A stretch of 31,231 nucleotides of DNA from Acidimicrobiales bacterium. GTDB lineage: Bacteria; Actinomycetota; Acidimicrobiia; Acidimicrobiales; SZUA-35. Shown one piece after another: positions 1 to 7,478 of this stretch. The position numbers were made by a program, and so were the translations under genes. The notes below the pieces were generated by a model that worked only from the letters and a program-made list of their open reading frames with translations, was not told the DNA's origin and made no database searches. The stretch is from positions 1-31,231 of the forward strand of contig JABDJU010000151.1 of NCBI GenBank assembly GCA_013003325.1. The letters are read 5' to 3'. The first letter of the stretch is position 1, and each line of letters opens with the position of its first letter.

Positions 1-151
1 TCGCAGACGCCATGACGATCGGCTCATCGAATGAGATCTGGCTCACCCAATGACTGGTGTAGGCCCGTTCGATCCCATCGTGGCTGGCACCGACGACCTG
101 AACCCCTTTGATCATCTGTCCGAGCGAGCGCTTGATGGTCGGGTCAATCAT
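1..151 (-). CDS. Flavin reductase-like protein, N-terminal part (runs off the window edge; absent from the ORF track)
   Basis: Manual translation from ATG at 151: MIDPTIKRSLGQMIKGVQVVGASHDGIERAYTSHWVSQISFDEPIVMASA. Resembles the flavin reductase N-terminus (GV.VV...W..Q.SF.P). ATGA overlap with the NUDIX stop at 148-150. Confidence 0.7.
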   Translation of the reverse strand, partial: MIDPTIKRSLGQMIKGVQVVGASHDGIERAYTSHWVSQISFDEPIVMASA

Positions 152-660
152 TTTGAACTCCCTGCCAATGTTCGAACGATTGTGAGCAGCTCGGGCCACG
201 CCGCGGCGAACCCGCTGTGGAGATCGAGCATGGCGACCTCATCTGGCGGAAACCACGCAACCTCGTCGGTTTCGAAATTGAGCGAATCCCCGAACCGGGC
301 TGGCACCTCCACGACCGTGGTGACGTACCGCCAGTCGCTGGCGGGGGCGAACGTCACCTCACCGAGAACCTCGAGCGGCTCGGGAATGGCGCCCACTTCT
401 TCCGAGGCTTCCCGCAAGCCGGCTTCTAGCCATGTCTCCCCCGGTTCCACCGCCCCTCCGGCGCACGACCAGGTTCCGCCTTCGTGGGCGAAGGCCGACC
501 GCTTCTGCAGCTGCACCGTAAGAGTGCCATCGGCTTCTCGGTGCACGAACACGACGCCGGCGGCCCCGTACAGTCCCCACCGCACCTTTCCGTCGGAACA
601 TCGAAGGAAGCCGCTGCCACCGTGACGCGGTCCAGGGCCTTCAGGAACGGGTCGGGTCAT
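148..660 (-). CDS. NUDIX hydrolase
   Basis: Nudix box GGAVEPGETWLEAGLREASEEVG; abuts the stop of the upstream synthetase. Confidence 0.92.
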   Translation of the reverse strand: MTRPVPEGPGPRHGGSGFLRCSDGKVRWGLYGAAGVVFVHREADGTLTVQLQKRSAFAHEGGTWSCAGGAVEPGETWLEAGLREASEEVGAIPEPLEVLGEVTFAPASDWRYVTTVVEVPARFGDSLNFETDEVAWFPPDEVAMLDLHSGFAAAWPELLTIVRTLAGSSK

Positions 661-2202
661 TCAGGACACCGCTTTGACGTCGGCCCAGTATTCGTCCTTG
701 AGCAGTCGCTTGTACAGCTTGCCGGTCGGATGGCGGGGAAGCTCGTCGCGAAAGTCGACGCTGCGAGGGCACTTCACATCGGCGAGACGCTCACGGCAGA
801 ACATGATGAGCTCCCGTTCGAGCCGAGCATCGGCGGTGACGCCGGGAGCGGGCTGCACCACCGCCTTGACCTCCTCGCCGAACTCCTCGTTGGGCACGCC
901 GATCACGGCGACATCGGCGACCTCAGGGTGCATCGTGAGCACGTTCTCAGCCTCTTGGGGATACACGTTGACGCCACCGGAGATGATCATGTGCGCTTTC
1001 CTGTCGGTCAGATACAGAAATCCATCTCCGTCGAGCCTGCCGATGTCGCCGAGGGTCGACCACCCGCTCGGGTGGCGTGAGCTGGCGGTCTTGGCTGGGT
1101 CCTGGTGATATTCGAAGTCGCCGCCGCCGCCGAAGTAGACCGTGCCTTCGTCGCCGACGGGCAGTTCCTCGCCACTGTCGTCGCAGATGTGAATCTCGCA
1201 GTTGATCGGCAAACCGACGGTGCCAGGGTGGGCGAGCCACATCTCCGAGTTGCAATACACGATCCCGTTGCCCTCGGTGCCGGCGTAGTACTCGTGGAGG
1301 ATTGGCCCGAGCCAGTCGATCATCTGCTCCTTTACCGCCACCGGACACGGTGCCGCCGCATGAATGATCGTTTCGAGAGAACTCATGTCGGCATTGTTTC
1401 GGATCGCCGGTTCGAGCTTGAGGAGTCGCACGAACATGGTGGGGACCATCTGCATATGCGTGACGCCGAACGTCGACACGAGATCGAGAAAATACGCCGG
1501 GTCGAACCGCTCCATGACGACCACGGTGGAACCCAGTACATGACTTCCCATCGAGAACCGCAGTGGTGCGGCGTGATACAGCGGAGCTGGTGACAAATAC
1601 ACCGAATCGGCGGTCTGTGCGAACAGCAGGCTCTGGAGCCGACTCACCGGATGGTCGGCCTGTTCCAGCGGTTCGGGTGGCAGGGTGCGCAACACCCCTT
1701 TGGGTCGTCCAGTCGTCCCGCTGCTGTACAACATGTCGTGGCCGGCTATCCGGTCGGCCAGCGGTTCGGCCGGAACCGAGCGTAGGGCCTCGTCGAAGGG
1801 AAGGTACCCCTCGACGGTCCCATCCAGCATGTATCGATGGCTGACACCCGGCATGCGGCGTGTGAGTTCCCCGGCCTGGTACGCCTTGAACTTCGATGTG
1901 ATGAAGACCTTGGCACCGCAATTGTCGACGATGTATTCCATCTCGTCGGTGGTGAGGCGGGAACTCAGCGCGGTGAAGATCGCTCCCGCATACCGGCAGC
2001 CCCATGCGATGGGTAGGAACATGCGATGGTTCTCCATGCAGAAGGCGACGTGGTCGCCGACCTGCACGCCGATGTCTCGCAACAGCCGTGAAATCTGGTT
2101 TGCCATGCGGTCAAGTTCGGCGTAGGTGATCACGGTGCCCGCCGAAGCCATGATGATGGCCGGACGGTCGGGGGTGCTGGCGGCGTGTGCTCCCGGATAC
2201 AC
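661..2202 (-). CDS. Acyl-CoA synthetase (AMP-binding family)
   Basis: YSSGTTGRPKG, YAGTE, GDIG..D.DGFLY..DRK..MIISGG.N.YP.E.E and TGKLYKR motifs. Start moved to GTG 2202 (MYPGAHA), which lies 7 nt downstream of a TAGGTT -10 hexamer. Confidence 0.93.
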   Translation of the reverse strand: MYPGAHAASTPDRPAIIMASAGTVITYAELDRMANQISRLLRDIGVQVGDHVAFCMENHRMFLPIAWGCRYAGAIFTALSSRLTTDEMEYIVDNCGAKVFITSKFKAYQAGELTRRMPGVSHRYMLDGTVEGYLPFDEALRSVPAEPLADRIAGHDMLYSSGTTGRPKGVLRTLPPEPLEQADHPVSRLQSLLFAQTADSVYLSPAPLYHAAPLRFSMGSHVLGSTVVVMERFDPAYFLDLVSTFGVTHMQMVPTMFVRLLKLEPAIRNNADMSSLETIIHAAAPCPVAVKEQMIDWLGPILHEYYAGTEGNGIVYCNSEMWLAHPGTVGLPINCEIHICDDSGEELPVGDEGTVYFGGGGDFEYHQDPAKTASSRHPSGWSTLGDIGRLDGDGFLYLTDRKAHMIISGGVNVYPQEAENVLTMHPEVADVAVIGVPNEEFGEEVKAVVQPAPGVTADARLERELIMFCRERLADVKCPRSVDFRDELPRHPTGKLYKRLLKDEYWADVKAVS

Positions 2203-2265
2203 AGCCTGCAACCTAGCCAGCGCCGCAACCTGCGACACATCCGGGCCGGGCGCTGTTGCCTCGAA

Positions 2266-2496
2266 TCAGCAGGCCACCAGGACCGGGACCTCGTCTCGGT
2301 ATGCGTCCTCAGCGCGGATCACACTCGTCACGTCAGCGGTCCTGAAACTGGCGACCCGCCGGCTCCACGAATCGATCGTGGTGCAATTGGAGCCGTATTG
2401 GAAGAAGGTGAGCATGGTGGATTCTTGGGCATATGCATCACAATCGATGACGATCGGGGTGTCGTGGGAACAGAGCTGCACGGTGAAGGAGGCCAT
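2266..2496 (-). CDS. Small hypothetical protein (76 aa)
   Basis: Protein-like composition and high GC3; TAGGTT-6 nt-ATG leaderless promoter pattern; occupies an otherwise empty gap. Confidence 0.7.
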   Translation of the reverse strand: MASFTVQLCSHDTPIVIDCDAYAQESTMLTFFQYGSNCTTIDSWSRRVASFRTADVTSVIRAEDAYRDEVPVLVAC

Positions 2497-2511
2497 GGTC
2501 CAAACCTAGGA

Positions 2512-2581
2512 CCACCACCCTGTGGATTTGAAGTACCACGACCTGTGGTAATCCGGTGGAAATCCACGTCGGGATTGGTGG
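2512..2581. promoter_or_regulatory. Cluster of GTGG/CCAC motifs, candidate multi-site operator
   Basis: GTGG at 2522, 2545, 2556, 2578; CCAC at 2512, 2515, 2536, 2564; includes TACCAC-N5-GTGGTA and GTGGA-AA-TCCAC, in a divergent intergenic region. Confidence 0.4.
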
Positions 2582-2671
2582 AAACCCCGCTCGCTAGGAG
2601 ATCGTCGGCGACCAGGGATTTCGCCGGCCTCACAACTCAAGACCACCCATGTTGGTGTCGATGAGAACCAT

Positions 2672-3385
2672 ATGGGCAAGCGAGTTCTCGGTCTGTCGAT
2701 AGCGGTGATGCTGTGTGCCGGCGCGTGCGCCGAGCAGGAGGCGACCGCGCCAACGTTTCAGGTGACGTCGCCGACGCTGGCGTCGACCTCGACGACGCAG
2801 CCTGACCGACTCGAGTACCTCGGCCTGCCCGAGCTCAGCCAGGCCGAGAACGACATGTGCCGCTTCATCGTCAATGTCGGCCAGGACCTGGAGGCGAGCG
2901 ACGGTCAGAGCCGGAGGGCGACCGCAGCGATGGAGTCGGCGATCGAGAGCCCGACGCTCAGCGAGCCCCTGCGCGTCCGCCTCATCCGCGACACCGAAAT
3001 CGCCAACGCCCAACGATTCGCCAATGTCCTGAGCCGCTTCGCTGACGCCATCGCATTGATCGATGCGATCGAGCCCGGCCCGCTGTCCGATGAAGAAACC
3101 CTCGCCAACGATGCCCAAGACGCTGCGCTGATCACCGAAATCGGTGCCGACATCCAAGAGACCATCGACTCGAGCCGCCCGCTGAGCGCCGCCGAGCAAG
3201 CGGCCTATCTAGCGCGGACCGGAACAGAATGGATCGACCTCTTCACCGAACGAGAACTCGAGAACGTGCTTCGTACCCTCCACAATGAGACGACCGGGAT
3301 GGGCCGCGAAGCCCAAGCGCGGGACGCGATGGAACGCCTGGACGACTGGTCGTGGCGCCACTGCGCCGCAGGGCTCACCAACTAG
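2672..3385 (+). CDS. Putative lipoprotein of unknown function
   Basis: Basic N-terminus, hydrophobic stretch and lipobox-like AGAC, then a Thr/Ser/Pro-rich linker and a helical acidic body; strong GC3 bias. Confidence 0.7.
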   Translation: MGKRVLGLSIAVMLCAGACAEQEATAPTFQVTSPTLASTSTTQPDRLEYLGLPELSQAENDMCRFIVNVGQDLEASDGQSRRATAAMESAIESPTLSEPLRVRLIRDTEIANAQRFANVLSRFADAIALIDAIEPGPLSDEETLANDAQDAALITEIGADIQETIDSSRPLSAAEQAAYLARTGTEWIDLFTERELENVLRTLHNETTGMGREAQARDAMERLDDWSWRHCAAGLTN

Positions 3386-3401
3386 GCACTCCGGCCGCCC
3401 G

Positions 3402-4196
3402 CTACACGTTCTGGGCGGTGAGTCCCCCGTCGACCACAAGCACCGTGCCGTTCACGTACGACGCGCTGGGCAGGCACATCGACAAGACGGCGTGAGCAAC
3501 TTCTTCAGGACTCCCATAGCGACCGACGGGCACCCGACGTCGAGCGAACGCCTCCTTGTCAGCCTCGCTGATCGCCGCCGTCATGCCGGTTCGAATAGGC
3601 CCTGGTGCCACACAGTTGACCGTGACACCGCGCCGCCCGAGCTCAACGGCTAGCCCGCGGGTGAGCCCGATGACACCGTGCTTCGAGGCGGTGTAGGGGG
3701 TCATATACGGCGTCGCGCCGAGTCCCTCGGTTGAAGCGATGTTGACGATTCGTCCGTCGCCGTTGCGTAGGAGGTCGTCGAGGCAGGAACGGATCAAGAA
3801 CGTGTACGCCTCCAAGTTGGTGCCGATTGTCGACTCCCATGCCGCGTCGTAATCGTCGGAGTCGATCGGGGCTGGGATCGACACTCCGGCGTTGTTGACC
3901 AGAATGTCGACCGGACCGAGCTCGCTGCGAATCCCTTCGATCGCCTTGGTGATCGCTTCATGGTTGTTGACATCGGCCACCCTTCCAGCACACCGGTGAC
4001 CCGCAGAGTTGATTTCATCCGCAACCAGTTCAATACCGCCCGCGGTTCGGTCGATCAGCCCCACCTTGGCCCCCTCGTCGGCGAAGAGGTGGGCCACCGC
4101 TCGACCCATCCCGGAGGCTGCGCCGGTGACGACGACCACTCGGTCCCGAACCGAGCGAGACAGCCGACTGAGCTGAACGGATGACTGAGTTGCCAT
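3402..4196 (-). CDS. SDR family NAD(P)-dependent oxidoreductase
   Basis: TGAASGMG, NNAG, YTASK, VNCVAPG and VDGG motifs; start set at ATG 4196 (GAGGG immediately upstream). Confidence 0.93.
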   Translation of the reverse strand: MATQSSVQLSRLSRSVRDRVVVVTGAASGMGRAVAHLFADEGAKVGLIDRTAGGIELVADEINSAGHRCAGRVADVNNHEAITKAIEGIRSELGPVDILVNNAGVSIPAPIDSDDYDAAWESTIGTNLEAYTFLIRSCLDDLLRNGDGRIVNIASTEGLGATPYMTPYTASKHGVIGLTRGLAVELGRRGVTVNCVAPGPIRTGMTAAISEADKEAFARRRVPVGRYGSPEEVAHAVLSMCLPSASYVNGTVLVVDGGLTAQNV

Positions 4197-4255
4197 CCCT
4201 CGGAGGCTATGAGCTAAGTCGTGGGTTGCACTCGACGACAAGTAACGTCAATCCC

Positions 4256-5080
4256 ATGGAACCGGAGAACATACGGGATCGCATGACCCTCTATCGCGAC
4301 GGTGCGGTGGCCGACGTGCGGCTCGATCGACCCGACAAGCTGAACGCCCTCGATCCCGACATGTTCTCCGCTCTGGTCGAAACCGCTGACGCGCTCTCCA
4401 AGGACAACAGCGTGCGGGCGGTCGTGCTGAGCGGTGAGGGCGAATCGTTCTGCGCCGGACTCGACTTCATGAGCTTCATGGCGCTGGCCGAGAGTGACTC
4501 GGCACCAGACCTCACCGCCACCGCCCCCGACCGCATCACCCATTTCGCCCAGCAGGCCGTCTTCGGATGGACAGAGCTTCCCGTACCGGTCATCGCCGGC
4601 GTCCAGGGCCATGCCCTAGGAGGGGGAATTCAGCTCGCCTTGGGTGCTGATATTCGAATCGTCCATCCCGATGCCAAGATGAGCGTGCTCGAGATCCGCT
4701 GGGGCCTCATCCCGGACATGACCGGAACACAAGCACTGGTCGATCTGGTCGGCCCCGACGTGGCAAAGGAGCTCACCTTCACCGGCCGCCCGGTGTCAGG
4801 GGTCGAGGCCAAGGAGCTCGGTTTGGCGACCAGGACCAGTCTGACCCCGCACGCCGATGCGATGAAGCTCGCCCAGGAAATCGCCTCGAAGTCACCCCAC
4901 GCCATTCGGGCCGGCAAGCGGCTCCTGTCCGAGGCGGCTCGATTCGACCGCGCTACCAGTTTCGAGCGGGAGCGTGACGAAATCGCCAAGCTCATCGGGT
5001 CTCCGAATCAGGCCGAATCGGTCGCAGCGTATTTCGAGAAGCGGGCCGCATCGTTCGCCGATCCCGATCTCAGCGACTGA
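4256..5080 (+). CDS. Crotonase / enoyl-CoA hydratase-isomerase family protein
   Basis: RPDKLNAL, FCAGLDF, GHALGGG and EIRWGLIPD motifs; start at ATG 4256, 7 nt after TAACGT. Confidence 0.92.
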   Translation: MEPENIRDRMTLYRDGAVADVRLDRPDKLNALDPDMFSALVETADALSKDNSVRAVVLSGEGESFCAGLDFMSFMALAESDSAPDLTATAPDRITHFAQQAVFGWTELPVPVIAGVQGHALGGGIQLALGADIRIVHPDAKMSVLEIRWGLIPDMTGTQALVDLVGPDVAKELTFTGRPVSGVEAKELGLATRTSLTPHADAMKLAQEIASKSPHAIRAGKRLLSEAARFDRATSFERERDEIAKLIGSPNQAESVAAYFEKRAASFADPDLSD

Positions 5081-5090
5081 GGGGCGATCG

Positions 5091-5330
5091 GTGGCGAGCG
5101 AGGATTCTTCGACCGTTCGGGTCGATGGTCTCACCACGCCGCATCCCGACCGCCTCTCAACCGACCACCCCCTATTCGACGAGATCATGCGCCGCCACCG
5201 AATGGCGTGCCAAGGCGGCGACATCGGCTACATCGACCCCGGTACCGGGTTGTTCGCTATGACGGCTGAGTATCTGTCGACCCGCCCGTGCTGTGACCGA
5301 GGGTGCCGGCATTGCCCCTACGTCAGATGA
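5091..5330 (+). CDS. DUF5522-like small Cys-rich protein
   Basis: GYIDPGTG...TAEYL..RPCCDRGCRHCPY signature; GTG start at 5091 inside the tracked ORF. Confidence 0.75.
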   Translation: MASEDSSTVRVDGLTTPHPDRLSTDHPLFDEIMRRHRMACQGGDIGYIDPGTGLFAMTAEYLSTRPCCDRGCRHCPYVR

Positions 5331-5331
5331 C

Positions 5332-6090
5332 ATGAGAGCACCACGCCCCGACGACTTCCCGTTTCTCGACTTTCCGGGCGTGATCGCCTTCGCCCACCGG
5401 GGCGGCACAAGCACCGCACCCGAGAACACCGAGGCTTCCTTCGACTCCGCCGTTGAACTCGGTTATCGGTATCTCGAGACCGACGTCCACCCCACCGCCG
5501 ACGGGGTCCTGGTCGCCTTTCACGACGTGACCCTCGAACGGATCGCCGGCGACGAACGGCCGATCGCTCAGGTCGGCTGGGACGAGCTGTCAGAGATTCG
5601 TTTCGATGGGCACTCGATTCCTCGAATGGATCAGCTGTTGGCGCGGTTTCCGGGCGCCCGCTTCAACATCGATCCAAAGGTCGATGAGGCCGTTGAGCCG
5701 CTTGCCCAGTTGCTCATGGAGACCGGCTCGATCGACCGAGTGTGCATAGGGGCCTTCAGCGACGCCAGGGTGGAGCGTATGCGAGAGCTGGTCGGACCCC
5801 GGCTCTGTACTTCACCCGGACCCCGCTCGATCGTGAGCGCGGCGCTGCCGTGGCCCCTGACCCGAGATCATCCCTGTGTCAGCATTCCTAACACCCTCGG
5901 TTCGTTCCGGCTGGGTCGCCGGGTGGTGCACCGATTCCAAAGCCAGGGCTATCGAGTCCATGTATGGACGATCAACGAGCGATCGGAGATGGAGCGCATG
6001 ATCGACCTCGGGGTCGACGGGATCATGACCGATGAGTGTGGACTCCTCAAACAGGTGCTTCAGGAGCGCGACCTGTGGCTCGAGGTCTGA
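5332..6090 (+). CDS. Glycerophosphodiester phosphodiesterase
   Basis: AHRGG...PENT, ETDV..TADG.LV.FHD, NID.K, VWTIN and GIMTD motifs. Confidence 0.93.
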   Translation: MRAPRPDDFPFLDFPGVIAFAHRGGTSTAPENTEASFDSAVELGYRYLETDVHPTADGVLVAFHDVTLERIAGDERPIAQVGWDELSEIRFDGHSIPRMDQLLARFPGARFNIDPKVDEAVEPLAQLLMETGSIDRVCIGAFSDARVERMRELVGPRLCTSPGPRSIVSAALPWPLTRDHPCVSIPNTLGSFRLGRRVVHRFQSQGYRVHVWTINERSEMERMIDLGVDGIMTDECGLLKQVLQERDLWLEV

Positions 6091-6104
6091 GCGACAGGTG
6101 AGTC

Positions 6105-6665
6105 TCAGCCGGTGGACTGGGCCATCGTCATGGCATGACGAACCAGGGCTACCAGAGTGTCGCGGACCGCAGCCCGATGCCGGGCATCGGTCACAACCAC
6201 CGGGATGTGGCGGGGCAGGTCGAGCGCCTCGCGAACATCTTCGGGGTGGTGGCGAAGCATCCCGTCGAATGCGTTGATGGCCACGATGAAAGGAACGCCT
6301 GCGTTCTCCATGTAGTCGATCGCCGGGAAGCATTGATCGATTCGGCCGGTGTCAACCAAGACGCAGGCACCGATGGCGCCGCGGACGAGCTCGTCCCACA
6401 TGAAGTGGAATCGGTCCTGACCCGGTGTACCGAACAGATACAGCACCAGCTCTGGGCTGAGTCCGACGCGTCCGAAGTCCATCGCGACAGTGGTCGACTT
6501 CTTGCCGGTGGCATCACCCCAATCGTCGACGCCCTCGGAGACTTTCGTCATCGCAGCCTCGGTTGTCAGTGGATCGATGTCGGAGATTGCTGTGACGAAG
6601 GTCGTCTTGCCGACGGCGAATCCGCCTGCGACCACGATCTTTACTGGGATTGGATTTGCACTCAT
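6105..6665 (-). CDS. Conservon small GTPase (CvnD-type ATP/GTP-binding protein, MglA-related)
   Basis: KIVVAGGFAVGKTT (P-loop), TTVAMDFG, LFGTPGQDRF and DAR; last gene of the four-gene operon; start ATG 6665. Confidence 0.92.
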   Translation of the reverse strand: MSANPIPVKIVVAGGFAVGKTTFVTAISDIDPLTTEAAMTKVSEGVDDWGDATGKKSTTVAMDFGRVGLSPELVLYLFGTPGQDRFHFMWDELVRGAIGACVLVDTGRIDQCFPAIDYMENAGVPFIVAINAFDGMLRHHPEDVREALDLPRHIPVVVTDARHRAAVRDTLVALVRHAMTMAQSTG

Positions 6666-6675
6666 GTCATCAACC

Positions 6676-7041
6676 TCAGAGGGATTGCAGGCCATCGAGG
6701 ACCCGCTCCAGCAACTGGAGGTCGGGTCGATCGGCGGATTCGGCGGTCGCAGTATGGGTGGCGAGATAGCCAGCGTGGACAAGGTCTCCGACCAGCACCT
6801 TCGAGACTTGAAGATGTAGCCGGAGGTGGGCAGAGATTTCGGCGATCGAGAGTGGTTGGTGGCAGATGTCGACGATCTGGCGAGGTTCGAGATTCAGCGT
6901 CCCGACCGCCTTTTGACCCTCAGGTGTCACCCTGATGATCGCCTCCAAGGGCAGTTCTACGGCACTGCGCGTCCGACCCCCGGTCACCATGTAGGGCCGC
7001 ACGCGGACCCCTTGTAGTGCATCGGGTTCGGGACTTGTCAT
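6676..7041 (-). CDS. DUF742 protein (CvnC-type)
   Basis: VRPYMVTGGRT, SIAEISAHLRL...KVLVGDL and LLERVLDGLQSL; ATGA overlap with the roadblock gene. Confidence 0.9.
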   Translation of the reverse strand: MTSPEPDALQGVRVRPYMVTGGRTRSAVELPLEAIIRVTPEGQKAVGTLNLEPRQIVDICHQPLSIAEISAHLRLHLQVSKVLVGDLVHAGYLATHTATAESADRPDLQLLERVLDGLQSL

Positions 7042-7460
7042 CGCGGAAGTGCCGCCTGCAGTTCTGCTCGGAGGGCCGGGGTGAGCACGGCGCCGGTCTT
7101 TTCAACGAGCACGGCCATTTCGTAGGCGACCATCCCGACATCACAGGCTGCTGCCGCTTTCACGGCGAGGAGCGAGCCATCGCTGATGCCGGTCACAAAG
7201 AGGAACGCATGCTCCATCTCGACGATCACCTCGGTCACAGCACCGCCGCCGAACCGACCGGCTGCACCGTAGGCAAGACCGATCAGACCTGACGAGACGG
7301 CCGAGAACCGGTCGACGCCGTCTCGATCGAGCCCCATCGAGGCAGCGATCGGCAGCCCGTCGCTGGACACAACGACCGCTTCGGTGACTCCGGGCACTCG
7401 CTCGACGAAGTTGTTCACCAACCAGTTGACGTTGTTTGCTTGATTGCTCAATCCGCTCAT
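7038..7460 (-). CDS. Roadblock/LC7 protein (CvnB-type, MglB-related)
   Basis: NWLVNNFVERVPGV..AVVVSSDGL and DVGMVAYEM..LV motifs; AGGAG Shine-Dalgarno. Confidence 0.92.
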   Translation of the reverse strand: MSGLSNQANNVNWLVNNFVERVPGVTEAVVVSSDGLPIAASMGLDRDGVDRFSAVSSGLIGLAYGAAGRFGGGAVTEVIVEMEHAFLFVTGISDGSLLAVKAAAACDVGMVAYEMAVLVEKTGAVLTPALRAELQAALPR

Positions 7461-7478
7461 GTGGATTCTCCTGATTGG

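Noticed and set aside
2512-2581. DnaA boxes / replication origin
   Set aside because: Best matches are only 7/9 to TT(A/T)TNCACA; no dnaA/dnaN context and no AT-rich unwinding element.
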